Assembly (NCBI GenBank): GCA_016188545.1
Contig: JACPHO010000001.1
Location: 483,324-547,323 of the forward strand
Reading direction: 5' to 3'
DNA from: Candidatus Shapirobacteria bacterium
GTDB lineage: Bacteria > Patescibacteriota > Microgenomatia > UBA12405
DNA: 64,000 nt
The position numbers and the translations under genes are program-made. Positions 57,227 to 64,000 of this stretch are shown piece by piece. A model generated the notes under the pieces. The model saw only the letters and a list, made by a program, of their open reading frames with translations. It made no database searches and was not told the DNA's origin. How positions within the stretch are numbered: position 1 is the first letter of the stretch; every line of letters starts with the position of its first letter.

Positions 57227-58027
57227 ATGACACCACTCAATTGTTTTGACGATATCTATTTTAAACGTGAAGACGAGTCAGTTACTGGCTCCGCCAAAGA
57301 TAGAGCCATTCCTTATCAGATCGACAACTTAATCGCCCAAGGGTTCTCATCTGCAGTAATTTCTTCCACTGGAAATGCTGCTATTGCTGCACAATATTAT
57401 TGCAATCTAAAAAAGATTCCCTTAACCGTGTTTGTTTCTCCTCACACACCCCAGTCCAAACTCTCCCTTATTAATAATTACCAAACAACACTTAAACCAG
57501 TTTCCGATGCCATTAAGTACTCCAAGGCTAATAAAAGCTACTTACTACGCCAGTCAACTGACGAGTCGGCACTAATAGGGTATAGCTATCTTGGTAGTGA
57601 AATTATTGAACAAGTACCCGATGTTACCAGTATCTTTTTCCCCGTGGGAAGTGGGGCCACTTTAGTTGGAGTATCTTCTGCAATACCTAAAAATGTCAAA
57701 ATATTTGCCATCCAATCTGCTTACAACTGTCCCATTACTAAAGAACTTGACCCTGGCTTTATCCAAGAACCTATTAATATAACCGACGCCCTAACCGCCA
57801 AATATGTCCCACTCAAACCACGTGTACATAATGTTCTGAAAGCCACTGGTGGAACGGGACAAGTTGTATCAAATCAAGAAATCATGGATGCTCAAAATAA
57901 GCTAGAAAGTTTTGGGGTGCGCTGTTCTTATGAAGGGGGACTAACCTTAGCTGGGCTATTCAAAGCAAAATCCTTATTTGATATCGGACCAAAACCACTA
58001 GTTATTATCACTGGCACCAAAAGATGA
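57227..58027 (+). CDS. PLP-dependent fold-type II enzyme, cysteine synthase (CysK/CysM)/threonine synthase-like
   Basis: YFKREDESVTGSAKDRAI matches the PLP-lysine motif of CysM (NPAGSVKDRAA). Gly-rich loop FFPVGSGATLVG. At 266 aa it is shorter than typical members. Confidence 0.6.
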   Translation: MTPLNCFDDIYFKREDESVTGSAKDRAIPYQIDNLIAQGFSSAVISSTGNAAIAAQYYCNLKKIPLTVFVSPHTPQSKLSLINNYQTTLKPVSDAIKYSKANKSYLLRQSTDESALIGYSYLGSEIIEQVPDVTSIFFPVGSGATLVGVSSAIPKNVKIFAIQSAYNCPITKELDPGFIQEPINITDALTAKYVPLKPRVHNVLKATGGTGQVVSNQEIMDAQNKLESFGVRCSYEGGLTLAGLFKAKSLFDIGPKPLVIITGTKR

Positions 58028-59151
58028 CCAAGATTGAAAATTATTTAAATACCCTCCCTTACCACTTTTATTTTTTGGTGGTCGATAACTTTCTAGATAT
58101 CAATCTACCAAATCTAACTAACTTCGTCTCGATATCGCCAAAAACACTTGGCATCCAGCTTGAACAAAAAAATTCTGGCAGATTGCTTTCCCATCCCGAG
58201 TGCATCAGTTTCATAAAAACTCACACCCCCAAAGGACTTACCCCAGCAATTATTCCATTTAAACCATCACCAAAGATTGATCTGGTCTGTCAACAGAACG
58301 GTTGGGTTAACATCAGCAATCCCAGCAAATTAAATCGTTTTTTCGAAGACAAGATCCTGTTTTCAAAACTATTAGACGAACACTTCCTCCCCCAAATACC
58401 TCACACTATCACCACTTTTACAAAAGACAATTTCGCGGTCGCACAGGAGCAGTATGGCTCCTTGTTAGTAGTCCAGACCCATTTTGGTTGGGCGGGCAAT
58501 AGCTCCCACCTCTCCGATGACTTTAGTAGCTTATCGACCAAAATTGCTATTGATACTCCTATAAAAATATCTCCATTCCTCACCGGCACTTCTCTAATAA
58601 ATAACTGCTGTCTTACTCCACAAGGTCTTGTCCAAAGCCCTCCAGGACTTCAGTACACCGGTATCTCTGCTTTATCTAAAAATCCACTTGCTACCACCGG
58701 CCGACAATGGCCTTCGCACTCGGGCTCTAATATTAATGACCAGATTAAAAAAATAACCATCAATTTTAGTGAAGTTCTAAAATCCAAAGGCTACTTAGGT
58801 TTTTTTGGGTTAGATTTTTTTGTTAATGAAGACAAAGTTTTTTTGTTGGAATGTAACCCAAGGCTAACTGCTTCTTTTTCCTTCTATACTGCAATAGAAA
58901 AAAATAGTAACTATGAACCCCTATTTTTTTATCACCTGCTTTCATTTTTACCCAGCACTTATCCCATAAACCAAATTGAACAAAACCGACGGTTCACAGA
59001 CTCTACTATTGTTGGTTCTGAAATAACCCTCAAGAGTGAAGAGGGGAATACCATCAAAAAATACAACGCCTTTATAGACTTTGCACCTGAAGGTGACCCT
59101 ACAAAAATTGATCAAATAGTTTTGAGTGAGGTACTAAATGAAGTCATCTAA
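58024..59151 (+). CDS. ATP-grasp superfamily ligase of unknown specificity
   Basis: GFFGLDFFVNEDKVFLLECNPRLTASF is the ATP-grasp C-terminal catalytic motif (ExNxR). The central SLLVVQTHFGWAGNSSHL is a probable ATP-binding loop. No Ddl N-terminal motif. Confidence 0.6.
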   Translation: MTKIENYLNTLPYHFYFLVVDNFLDINLPNLTNFVSISPKTLGIQLEQKNSGRLLSHPECISFIKTHTPKGLTPAIIPFKPSPKIDLVCQQNGWVNISNPSKLNRFFEDKILFSKLLDEHFLPQIPHTITTFTKDNFAVAQEQYGSLLVVQTHFGWAGNSSHLSDDFSSLSTKIAIDTPIKISPFLTGTSLINNCCLTPQGLVQSPPGLQYTGISALSKNPLATTGRQWPSHSGSNINDQIKKITINFSEVLKSKGYLGFFGLDFFVNEDKVFLLECNPRLTASFSFYTAIEKNSNYEPLFFYHLLSFLPSTYPINQIEQNRRFTDSTIVGSEITLKSEEGNTIKKYNAFIDFAPEGDPTKIDQIVLSEVLNEVI

Positions 59152-60262
59152 GTTCATTTTTTTAGTATCCATATTATTAACAATTGGGCTGGTTTTTATT
59201 TCAATCTCTTCCATAACTGAAGCCAGTAATACTGTTGGAGACAAATTCTTTTTTATAAAAAAACAGCTCCTTTGGTCACTCGTTGGGGTTGCCTCTTTTA
59301 GCCTTGCCTCCACCATTCCCTTGTCCCTCATCAAAAAATTTGCCACGCCTTTATATATAATCTCCACTGCCTTGCTTGCAATTATCTTAATACCCAGTCT
59401 GAGTAACAGCGCTTTAGGTGCGAGGCGGTGGTTGGATCTGGGAATAGTTGGCATACAACCATCTGAAATATTTAAGCTTGCTGCTATTATTTTCTTCGCC
59501 AACGTTTTTTCTCAAGAAAAATACCGCCATCTAAAATATCTAGTTTTATTTTTAACCGTTCCACTTTCATTAGTTGTTCTCGAGCCAAATATGAGCACTG
59601 CTATTCTTATAGCTGCCATTACCATTACTATTTTCTATTTAGCCAATGGCAACCTCACTAGCATTATTGCGATTTGTTCTGTAGCCATGATGATCAGCAC
59701 TCTGCTAATCGTTATTTCTCCATACCGCAAAGCCCGTTTTGACCAAACTTCGTATCATTCAAATCAGATGACTCTCACTCTCACTTCAGGTCAGTTGGCC
59801 GGTAAGGGCTTTGCAAACTCAGATCAAAAATATCGTTATCTACCCAAAATATCTACTGATTCAATTCTTGCTGTTATCGGCGAAGAAACCGGCTTCATAG
59901 GAGTTAGTTTGATAGTAGGTTTGTATTACATCTTAGTTAGTGACATTTTTACTCTCAGTACTTTTCAGGTCAAATATAGTTTTAAGTACCTACTGATACT
60001 GGGCATTGGCTGTTGGATTGCCTACCAAAGTCTTATCAATATGGCCACAGTAGTTTCTCTCATTCCACTCACCGGAGTCACCTTACCACTTATTTCATAT
60101 GGAGGATCATCCCTGATAACTATTCTTTTTGGGCTTGGTCTCATCAACAACTTGATATACTCAACTAGATATGAAGATCAGCAAGACCATCATCATAACC
60201 GGAACTCATCACACACCAGCTATCGAGCTCATAAACCATCTCAAAAAAGATCCGGAAGTTAA
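59138..60262 (+). CDS. ftsW: SEDS family peptidoglycan glycosyltransferase FtsW
   Basis: About 10 TM helices. KQLLWSLVG...GARRWLDLG...ISTDSILAVIGEETGFIG. Confidence 0.85.
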   Translation: MKSSKFIFLVSILLTIGLVFISISSITEASNTVGDKFFFIKKQLLWSLVGVASFSLASTIPLSLIKKFATPLYIISTALLAIILIPSLSNSALGARRWLDLGIVGIQPSEIFKLAAIIFFANVFSQEKYRHLKYLVLFLTVPLSLVVLEPNMSTAILIAAITITIFYLANGNLTSIIAICSVAMMISTLLIVISPYRKARFDQTSYHSNQMTLTLTSGQLAGKGFANSDQKYRYLPKISTDSILAVIGEETGFIGVSLIVGLYYILVSDIFTLSTFQVKYSFKYLLILGIGCWIAYQSLINMATVVSLIPLTGVTLPLISYGGSSLITILFGLGLINNLIYSTRYEDQQDHHHNRNSSHTSYRAHKPSQKRSGS

Positions 60263-61244
60263 CTGGAAAATAGTCTATGTCGCTCATCAGTATAAGACCG
60301 AAACACACCTTCTTCACACCATAATTCCCAAACTAAAAGTGGAATTCTTTAATCTTGACTGTGGTAAGTTTGATCGCAAAAATCTGGACATAACCTTGAT
60401 GGGTATTCCTAAGATCATTAAAGCGTTTTTTACATCCCTCTCTCTTCTAAAAAATCTCCAGCCTCAAATAGTCGTTTCTTTTGGTGGTTATGTTTCTGTC
60501 CCAGTTGTTATTGCTACATATTTCAATAAGATTCCCTCGATTACTCACGAACAGACAGTTACCAATAGTCTAGCAACCAAAATCAACAGTTACTTTGCCA
60601 CAAAAGTAGCCCTTTCATTTGATAATGTCACTCAAAAAAAACAATTACCTGTCAAAAAAACTGTCGTCACCGGTAATCTTTTAAGACAGGAAATCTTTAA
60701 CACTACATCAACAAATTATAAGAATACCACCCATCCAATAATTTATTTTACTGGCGGCAACCAAGGATCAATTTTTCTAAACGAGTTAATATATCAACTC
60801 GTCCCACTGTTAGGTAACAAATATACAGTCATTCACCAAACTGGGAAAAATAATAATCAAGTACTTCAAGACGAGTTGACCAAAAAATACAAATACATTT
60901 CATCTGAGTTTATCGAGAGTGAAGATATTGGCTGGGTTCTAAGCAACGCCGACGTTATTGTCAGTCGATCTGGTGCCAATATTTGCCAAGAAATAGATAC
61001 CCTCGACAAAAAAGCACTATTGATTCCCCATCCCTTCACCCAACAAAACGAGCAGCAGCTAAATGCACTCTGGTTACAAAACCATCACCCTAAGTCGATT
61101 AAGATAGTTTCACAACCAAACGCCAGTCCATCAACGATACTCGAAACCATCAACGAACTTGTAACCACTATTCACACCTCACACCCCAAAAAGTTACCCC
61201 TTATTCACCCATTATATAAACTAGTTCATGAAATATCTCTCTAA
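60171..61244 (+). CDS. murG: Undecaprenyldiphospho-muramoylpentapeptide beta-N-acetylglucosaminyltransferase MurG
   Basis: IIITGTHHTPAIEL (the GGTGGH-like G-loop), FGGYVSVPVVIA, C-terminal HQTGK. The 92-nt overlap with ftsW is unresolved. Confidence 0.8.
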   Translation: MKISKTIIITGTHHTPAIELINHLKKDPEVNWKIVYVAHQYKTETHLLHTIIPKLKVEFFNLDCGKFDRKNLDITLMGIPKIIKAFFTSLSLLKNLQPQIVVSFGGYVSVPVVIATYFNKIPSITHEQTVTNSLATKINSYFATKVALSFDNVTQKKQLPVKKTVVTGNLLRQEIFNTTSTNYKNTTHPIIYFTGGNQGSIFLNELIYQLVPLLGNKYTVIHQTGKNNNQVLQDELTKKYKYISSEFIESEDIGWVLSNADVIVSRSGANICQEIDTLDKKALLIPHPFTQQNEQQLNALWLQNHHPKSIKIVSQPNASPSTILETINELVTTIHTSHPKKLPLIHPLYKLVHEISL

Positions 61245-61605
61245 ATATTTCTTCACCATTCCCATTATATTTCTAACATTTCAGCTAATTTATCTACTCG
61301 GGATTACCCTAAAACCTCAGATAACGCCCTATTCAGACAACAACCGTTATCTGACAGATCTCACCAACACTCTTCGGCTAAGCAAGTTGCAATACCAACA
61401 ACTAAATTTTTTTGATCACCGTAACGAAGTCGAAATGATTATCATCGACCAGCCCAACCACAGCTTTAAAACCATAATTTCAACCCAACTCCCCCCCCTT
61501 TCCCAAGTTGCTGCCTTACAAAAACTCATAAAAATCGCTAATATTGAGGGTAAGGAGTTATCATTCGTTGATCTAAGCTCCCGCCGTCCATATGCAACAT
61601 TCTAA
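61228..61605 (+). CDS. FtsQ/DivIB-like small membrane protein (reduced)
   Basis: 125 aa with N-terminal TM. Position between murG and ftsA. Confidence 0.35.
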   Translation: MKYLSKYFFTIPIIFLTFQLIYLLGITLKPQITPYSDNNRYLTDLTNTLRLSKLQYQQLNFFDHRNEVEMIIIDQPNHSFKTIISTQLPPLSQVAALQKLIKIANIEGKELSFVDLSSRRPYATF

Positions 61606-62839
61606 AATCATTTGTGGAATAGATATCGGAACTTCAAAAGTTACCACCATTGTTGGGCAATTTTTTGAGGTCGAAGATCGTTTTAATGTTATCGCAGTAG
61701 CTTCCACTCCAGCTTCAGGTTTTCGCAAAGGTCAGATAATAAATCTCGATCAAGCCACTCAAACAATTACTCAAAGTATAGAATCAGCTGAAAGAATGGC
61801 TGGTTTTCAGTTAAAAAGTGCTCATGTTTCTATCTCTGCACCTCATATTGAATCAGTAAATTCACAAGGTGTTGTGGCTGTTAGTACGCCGAATGGCGAG
61901 ATCACTCATGGTGATATTACTCGAGTCATTGAAGCAGCGCAAGCCGTCACTCTACCCGCAGGCAAAGAACTTATCCACACCATACCCCGACGTTACACCG
62001 TTGATGGCCAGGAAGGAGTTATCGACCCCATCGGTATGAATGGCGTTCGACTCGAGCTAGAATCACATCTTATTTTGGCATCGAGCCCCAGTCTAAAAAA
62101 TCTTTACAAATGTCTCGAAGAGGTTGGTATTGATACCGACTCTTTGGTTTTCTCTGGTTTAGCCACTGCTAAAGCAGCTTTGACCAACACCGAAAAAGAA
62201 CTAGGTGTCGCCCTAATTGATATTGGCGGCAGTGTTACTTCACTAACTATCTACACCGAAGGCTCGCCAGTCTACTCTTCTGTAATTCCGGTCGGGGCCA
62301 ACAACGTCACCAACGACCTGGCTATCGGTCTTCGACTTTCCATCGAAGATGCTGACAAAATAAAACTCAAAATTAATAAAATCGTCGAAGCCAAAAAGCT
62401 CGAAGATGATGTTGATCTTTCTGTGTTTGGCATACTTTCCGAGGAAAAACACAAAATCTCTCTTCAAACCGCAGTAAATGGGATCATTAAGCCTCGACTT
62501 GAAGAGCTGTTTACCCTTATCTATGACCAAATCGAAACAAGTGGTTTCTCAGCATTGATTCCTGCAGGTGTCGTCATTACCGGTGGTGGAGCTCAAACAA
62601 TTAACGCCAAAGATATCTGTTCCAAAGTTATCCCACTTCCTCTGAGAGTAGCTTCTCCTCCAAAGCTTGGAGGGATTGTCGATGATATACTTAACCCGAG
62701 TTATACAAGTTCTATTGGTTTACTTATGTATGGCTTAGAACAAACCACTCAATCAGGTAACTCCAATAAAAAAAATAAAACCAATGTTAGTGGTTTGTTC
62801 AATAAAATTAAAAGCCTGATCGAACCTCTCTTACCTTAA
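61592..62839 (+). CDS. ftsA: Cell division protein FtsA
   Basis: ICGIDIGTSKVTTIVGQ (actin-fold phosphate-1), DIGGSVTSL, VITGGGAQ. Confidence 0.9.
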   Translation: MQHSKIICGIDIGTSKVTTIVGQFFEVEDRFNVIAVASTPASGFRKGQIINLDQATQTITQSIESAERMAGFQLKSAHVSISAPHIESVNSQGVVAVSTPNGEITHGDITRVIEAAQAVTLPAGKELIHTIPRRYTVDGQEGVIDPIGMNGVRLELESHLILASSPSLKNLYKCLEEVGIDTDSLVFSGLATAKAALTNTEKELGVALIDIGGSVTSLTIYTEGSPVYSSVIPVGANNVTNDLAIGLRLSIEDADKIKLKINKIVEAKKLEDDVDLSVFGILSEEKHKISLQTAVNGIIKPRLEELFTLIYDQIETSGFSALIPAGVVITGGGAQTINAKDICSKVIPLPLRVASPPKLGGIVDDILNPSYTSSIGLLMYGLEQTTQSGNSNKKNKTNVSGLFNKIKSLIEPLLP

Positions 62840-62846
62840 CAACATC

Positions 62847-63146
62847 CTAAATACTCACTTCCGCTTTTTTTGACAAACCGCTTAACATATTATCCAAGTC
62901 AGCTCTTTTTCCAACTGCCAAAACACCTCTGTTTCCACCTACTTCCAGACTCTCAAGAAACATCGTTCCACCACCACTCTGAATCGCAACATCCGATAAC
63001 ATATCAACAAGTTTTTCCAACCTCATTCCGCCCCTGACAACTACAAACTCATGACAAGCAGTTACTTGTTCCCCAGCTGGTAATTGAGAAACTAGTTTTT
63101 GTTTTAGAAGCCATGCTTCTTCAGCATTCATGAGTTTAACAGCCAT
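62847..63146 (-). CDS. Hypothetical small protein on opposite strand between ftsA and ftsZ
   Basis: 99-aa ORF with genome-typical codon usage (A/T-rich third positions). FVVVRGGMRLEKLVDMLSD...GVLAVGKRADL. No family recognised. Confidence 0.3.
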   Translation of the reverse strand: MAVKLMNAEEAWLLKQKLVSQLPAGEQVTACHEFVVVRGGMRLEKLVDMLSDVAIQSGGGTMFLESLEVGGNRGVLAVGKRADLDNMLSGLSKKAEVSI

Positions 63147-63227
63147 AGATAATTATACCCCATAATAATTAAAAGTAAATTCATTAGGTTTTTATCTGCT
63201 CCCCGATTAATTTAGTATAATGAACCC

Positions 63228-64000
63228 ATGGCTCTTATTAAAAATCTCGCAGGTCAATTTGCCCGTCTCAAAGTAATCGGAATCGGTGGTGGTGGTAACA
63301 ATGCCATCAACTCCATGATCGCCGAAGATAATATCAAAGGTGTTGATTTTATTGCCGTAAATACTGATTCCCAAGCACTCCTCAACTCACTGGCTCCCAT
63401 CAAAATCCAAATTGGTGAAAAACTTACCAAAGGTTTGGGAGCAGGGGGCAATCCTTCCGTTGGGTCAGAAGCAGCCAAGGAATCACATGATCGCATTAAA
63501 GACGCCCTAGAGGGCACTGACATGGTTTTTATAACTGGTGGTATGGGTGGTGGTACTTGTACTGGAGCCGCCCCAGTCATCGCTGAAATTGCCAAAAAGG
63601 AAATTGGCGCCTTGACCATAGCAGTTGTCACCAAGCCATTCCTTTTTGAAGGTACAAGGCGCATGACCAACGCCGAAGAAGGAATCTCTCACCTCAAACA
63701 AAACGTCGATACTCTGATCGTCATTCCCAACCAAAAAGTCATGGAGGTAGTCAACGATAAAGCCACCCTACTAGAAGCATTCAAGATCGCTGATTCAGTA
63801 CTCAACAAAGGTACTAAGGCAATAGCCGATCTCATCACTACACCCGGACTTATCAATCTTGATTTTGCTGATATCAAAACCATCATGAGTAATGCCGGTT
63901 CTGCGCTCATGGGAGTCGGAGAGGCAGAGGGAGTTGATCGCGCTCGGGCAGCAGTTAGTGCCGCTGTTGATTCACCCTTAGTTGAGGTAAATATTGATGG
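63228..64000 (+). CDS. ftsZ: Cell division GTPase FtsZ (3' partial, runs off window)
   Basis: MALIKNLAGQFARLKVIGIGGGGNNAINSMI...AVNTDSQAL...GLGAGGNP...ITGGMGGGTGTGAAPVIAEIAK. Not in the ORF track because there is no stop within the window. Confidence 0.9.
   Translation, partial: MALIKNLAGQFARLKVIGIGGGGNNAINSMIAEDNIKGVDFIAVNTDSQALLNSLAPIKIQIGEKLTKGLGAGGNPSVGSEAAKESHDRIKDALEGTDMVFITGGMGGGTCTGAAPVIAEIAKKEIGALTIAVVTKPFLFEGTRRMTNAEEGISHLKQNVDTLIVIPNQKVMEVVNDKATLLEAFKIADSVLNKGTKAIADLITTPGLINLDFADIKTIMSNAGSALMGVGEAEGVDRARAAVSAAVDSPLVEVNID

Noticed and set aside
60171-60262. 92-nt overlap between ftsW 3' end and murG 5' end as evidence of a frameshift or pseudogene
   Set aside because: Both proteins retain complete conserved cores. 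The ftsW tail (QQDHHHNRNSSHTS...) is a low-complexity extension. A gene-caller stop or start ambiguity is more likely than a pseudogene.
63212-63227. TATAAT hexamer 7 nt upstream of the ftsZ ATG as a leaderless promoter
   Set aside because: A single AT-rich hexamer in an AT-rich genome, with no -35 and no supporting data. Not enough to call it.
63254-63910. Three overlapping minus-strand ORFs (138, 75 and 73 aa)
   Set aside because: They are antisense to the unmistakable ftsZ reading frame (GGGGNNA, GGTGTG motifs) and are artefacts of the ORF track. ftsZ itself is missing from the track only because it has no stop in the window.

Overview
Low-GC (about 35-38%), densely packed bacterial window with Gram-positive/CPR-like gene organisation: recO, a T-box leader, then homodimeric glyQS, followed by a compact dcw cluster. 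Two regions stand out.

(1) Glycan island, about 2-47 kb. It holds at least 14 glycosyltransferases (GT2 and GT4), several GT-C fold membrane transferases and two polyprenol-phosphate GT2 synthases. It also holds a flippase-like protein, a Wzm/Wzt ABC exporter, an initiating sugar-phosphate transferase and mannose-1-phosphate guanylyltransferase. Modification enzymes include an MBOAT with a DHHW partner, hexapeptide acetyltransferases, methyltransferases, a radical SAM enzyme, a CE4 deacetylase and epimerases. The wzm/wzt pair is split by an insertion carrying a RhuM-Fic/Doc gene and a four-helix-bundle (Avd/23S-IVS family) gene. Scattered through the island is a roughly 32-bp element built from four 8-bp subunits (YTCYAAAG). 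It occurs in-frame inside GT genes, at gene starts and in intergenic spacers, and as an inverted pair flanking the four-helix-bundle gene.

(2) dcw cluster, 49.5-64 kb: rsmH-ftsL-ftsI-murE-X-mpl/murC-like-mraY-Y-ftsW-murG-ftsQ-like-ftsA-ftsZ. Two slots carry non-canonical genes. Slot X is an arginyl/leucyl-tRNA-protein-transferase-like ORF. Slot Y holds an NlpC/P60 hydrolase, an unannotated 55-aa LysW-like zinc-ribbon carrier protein on the minus strand, a CysK/CysM-like fold-II PLP enzyme and an ATP-grasp ligase. No murF, murD, murC or ddl is present in their usual positions. This looks like a candidate, undescribed peptidoglycan-precursor modification system.
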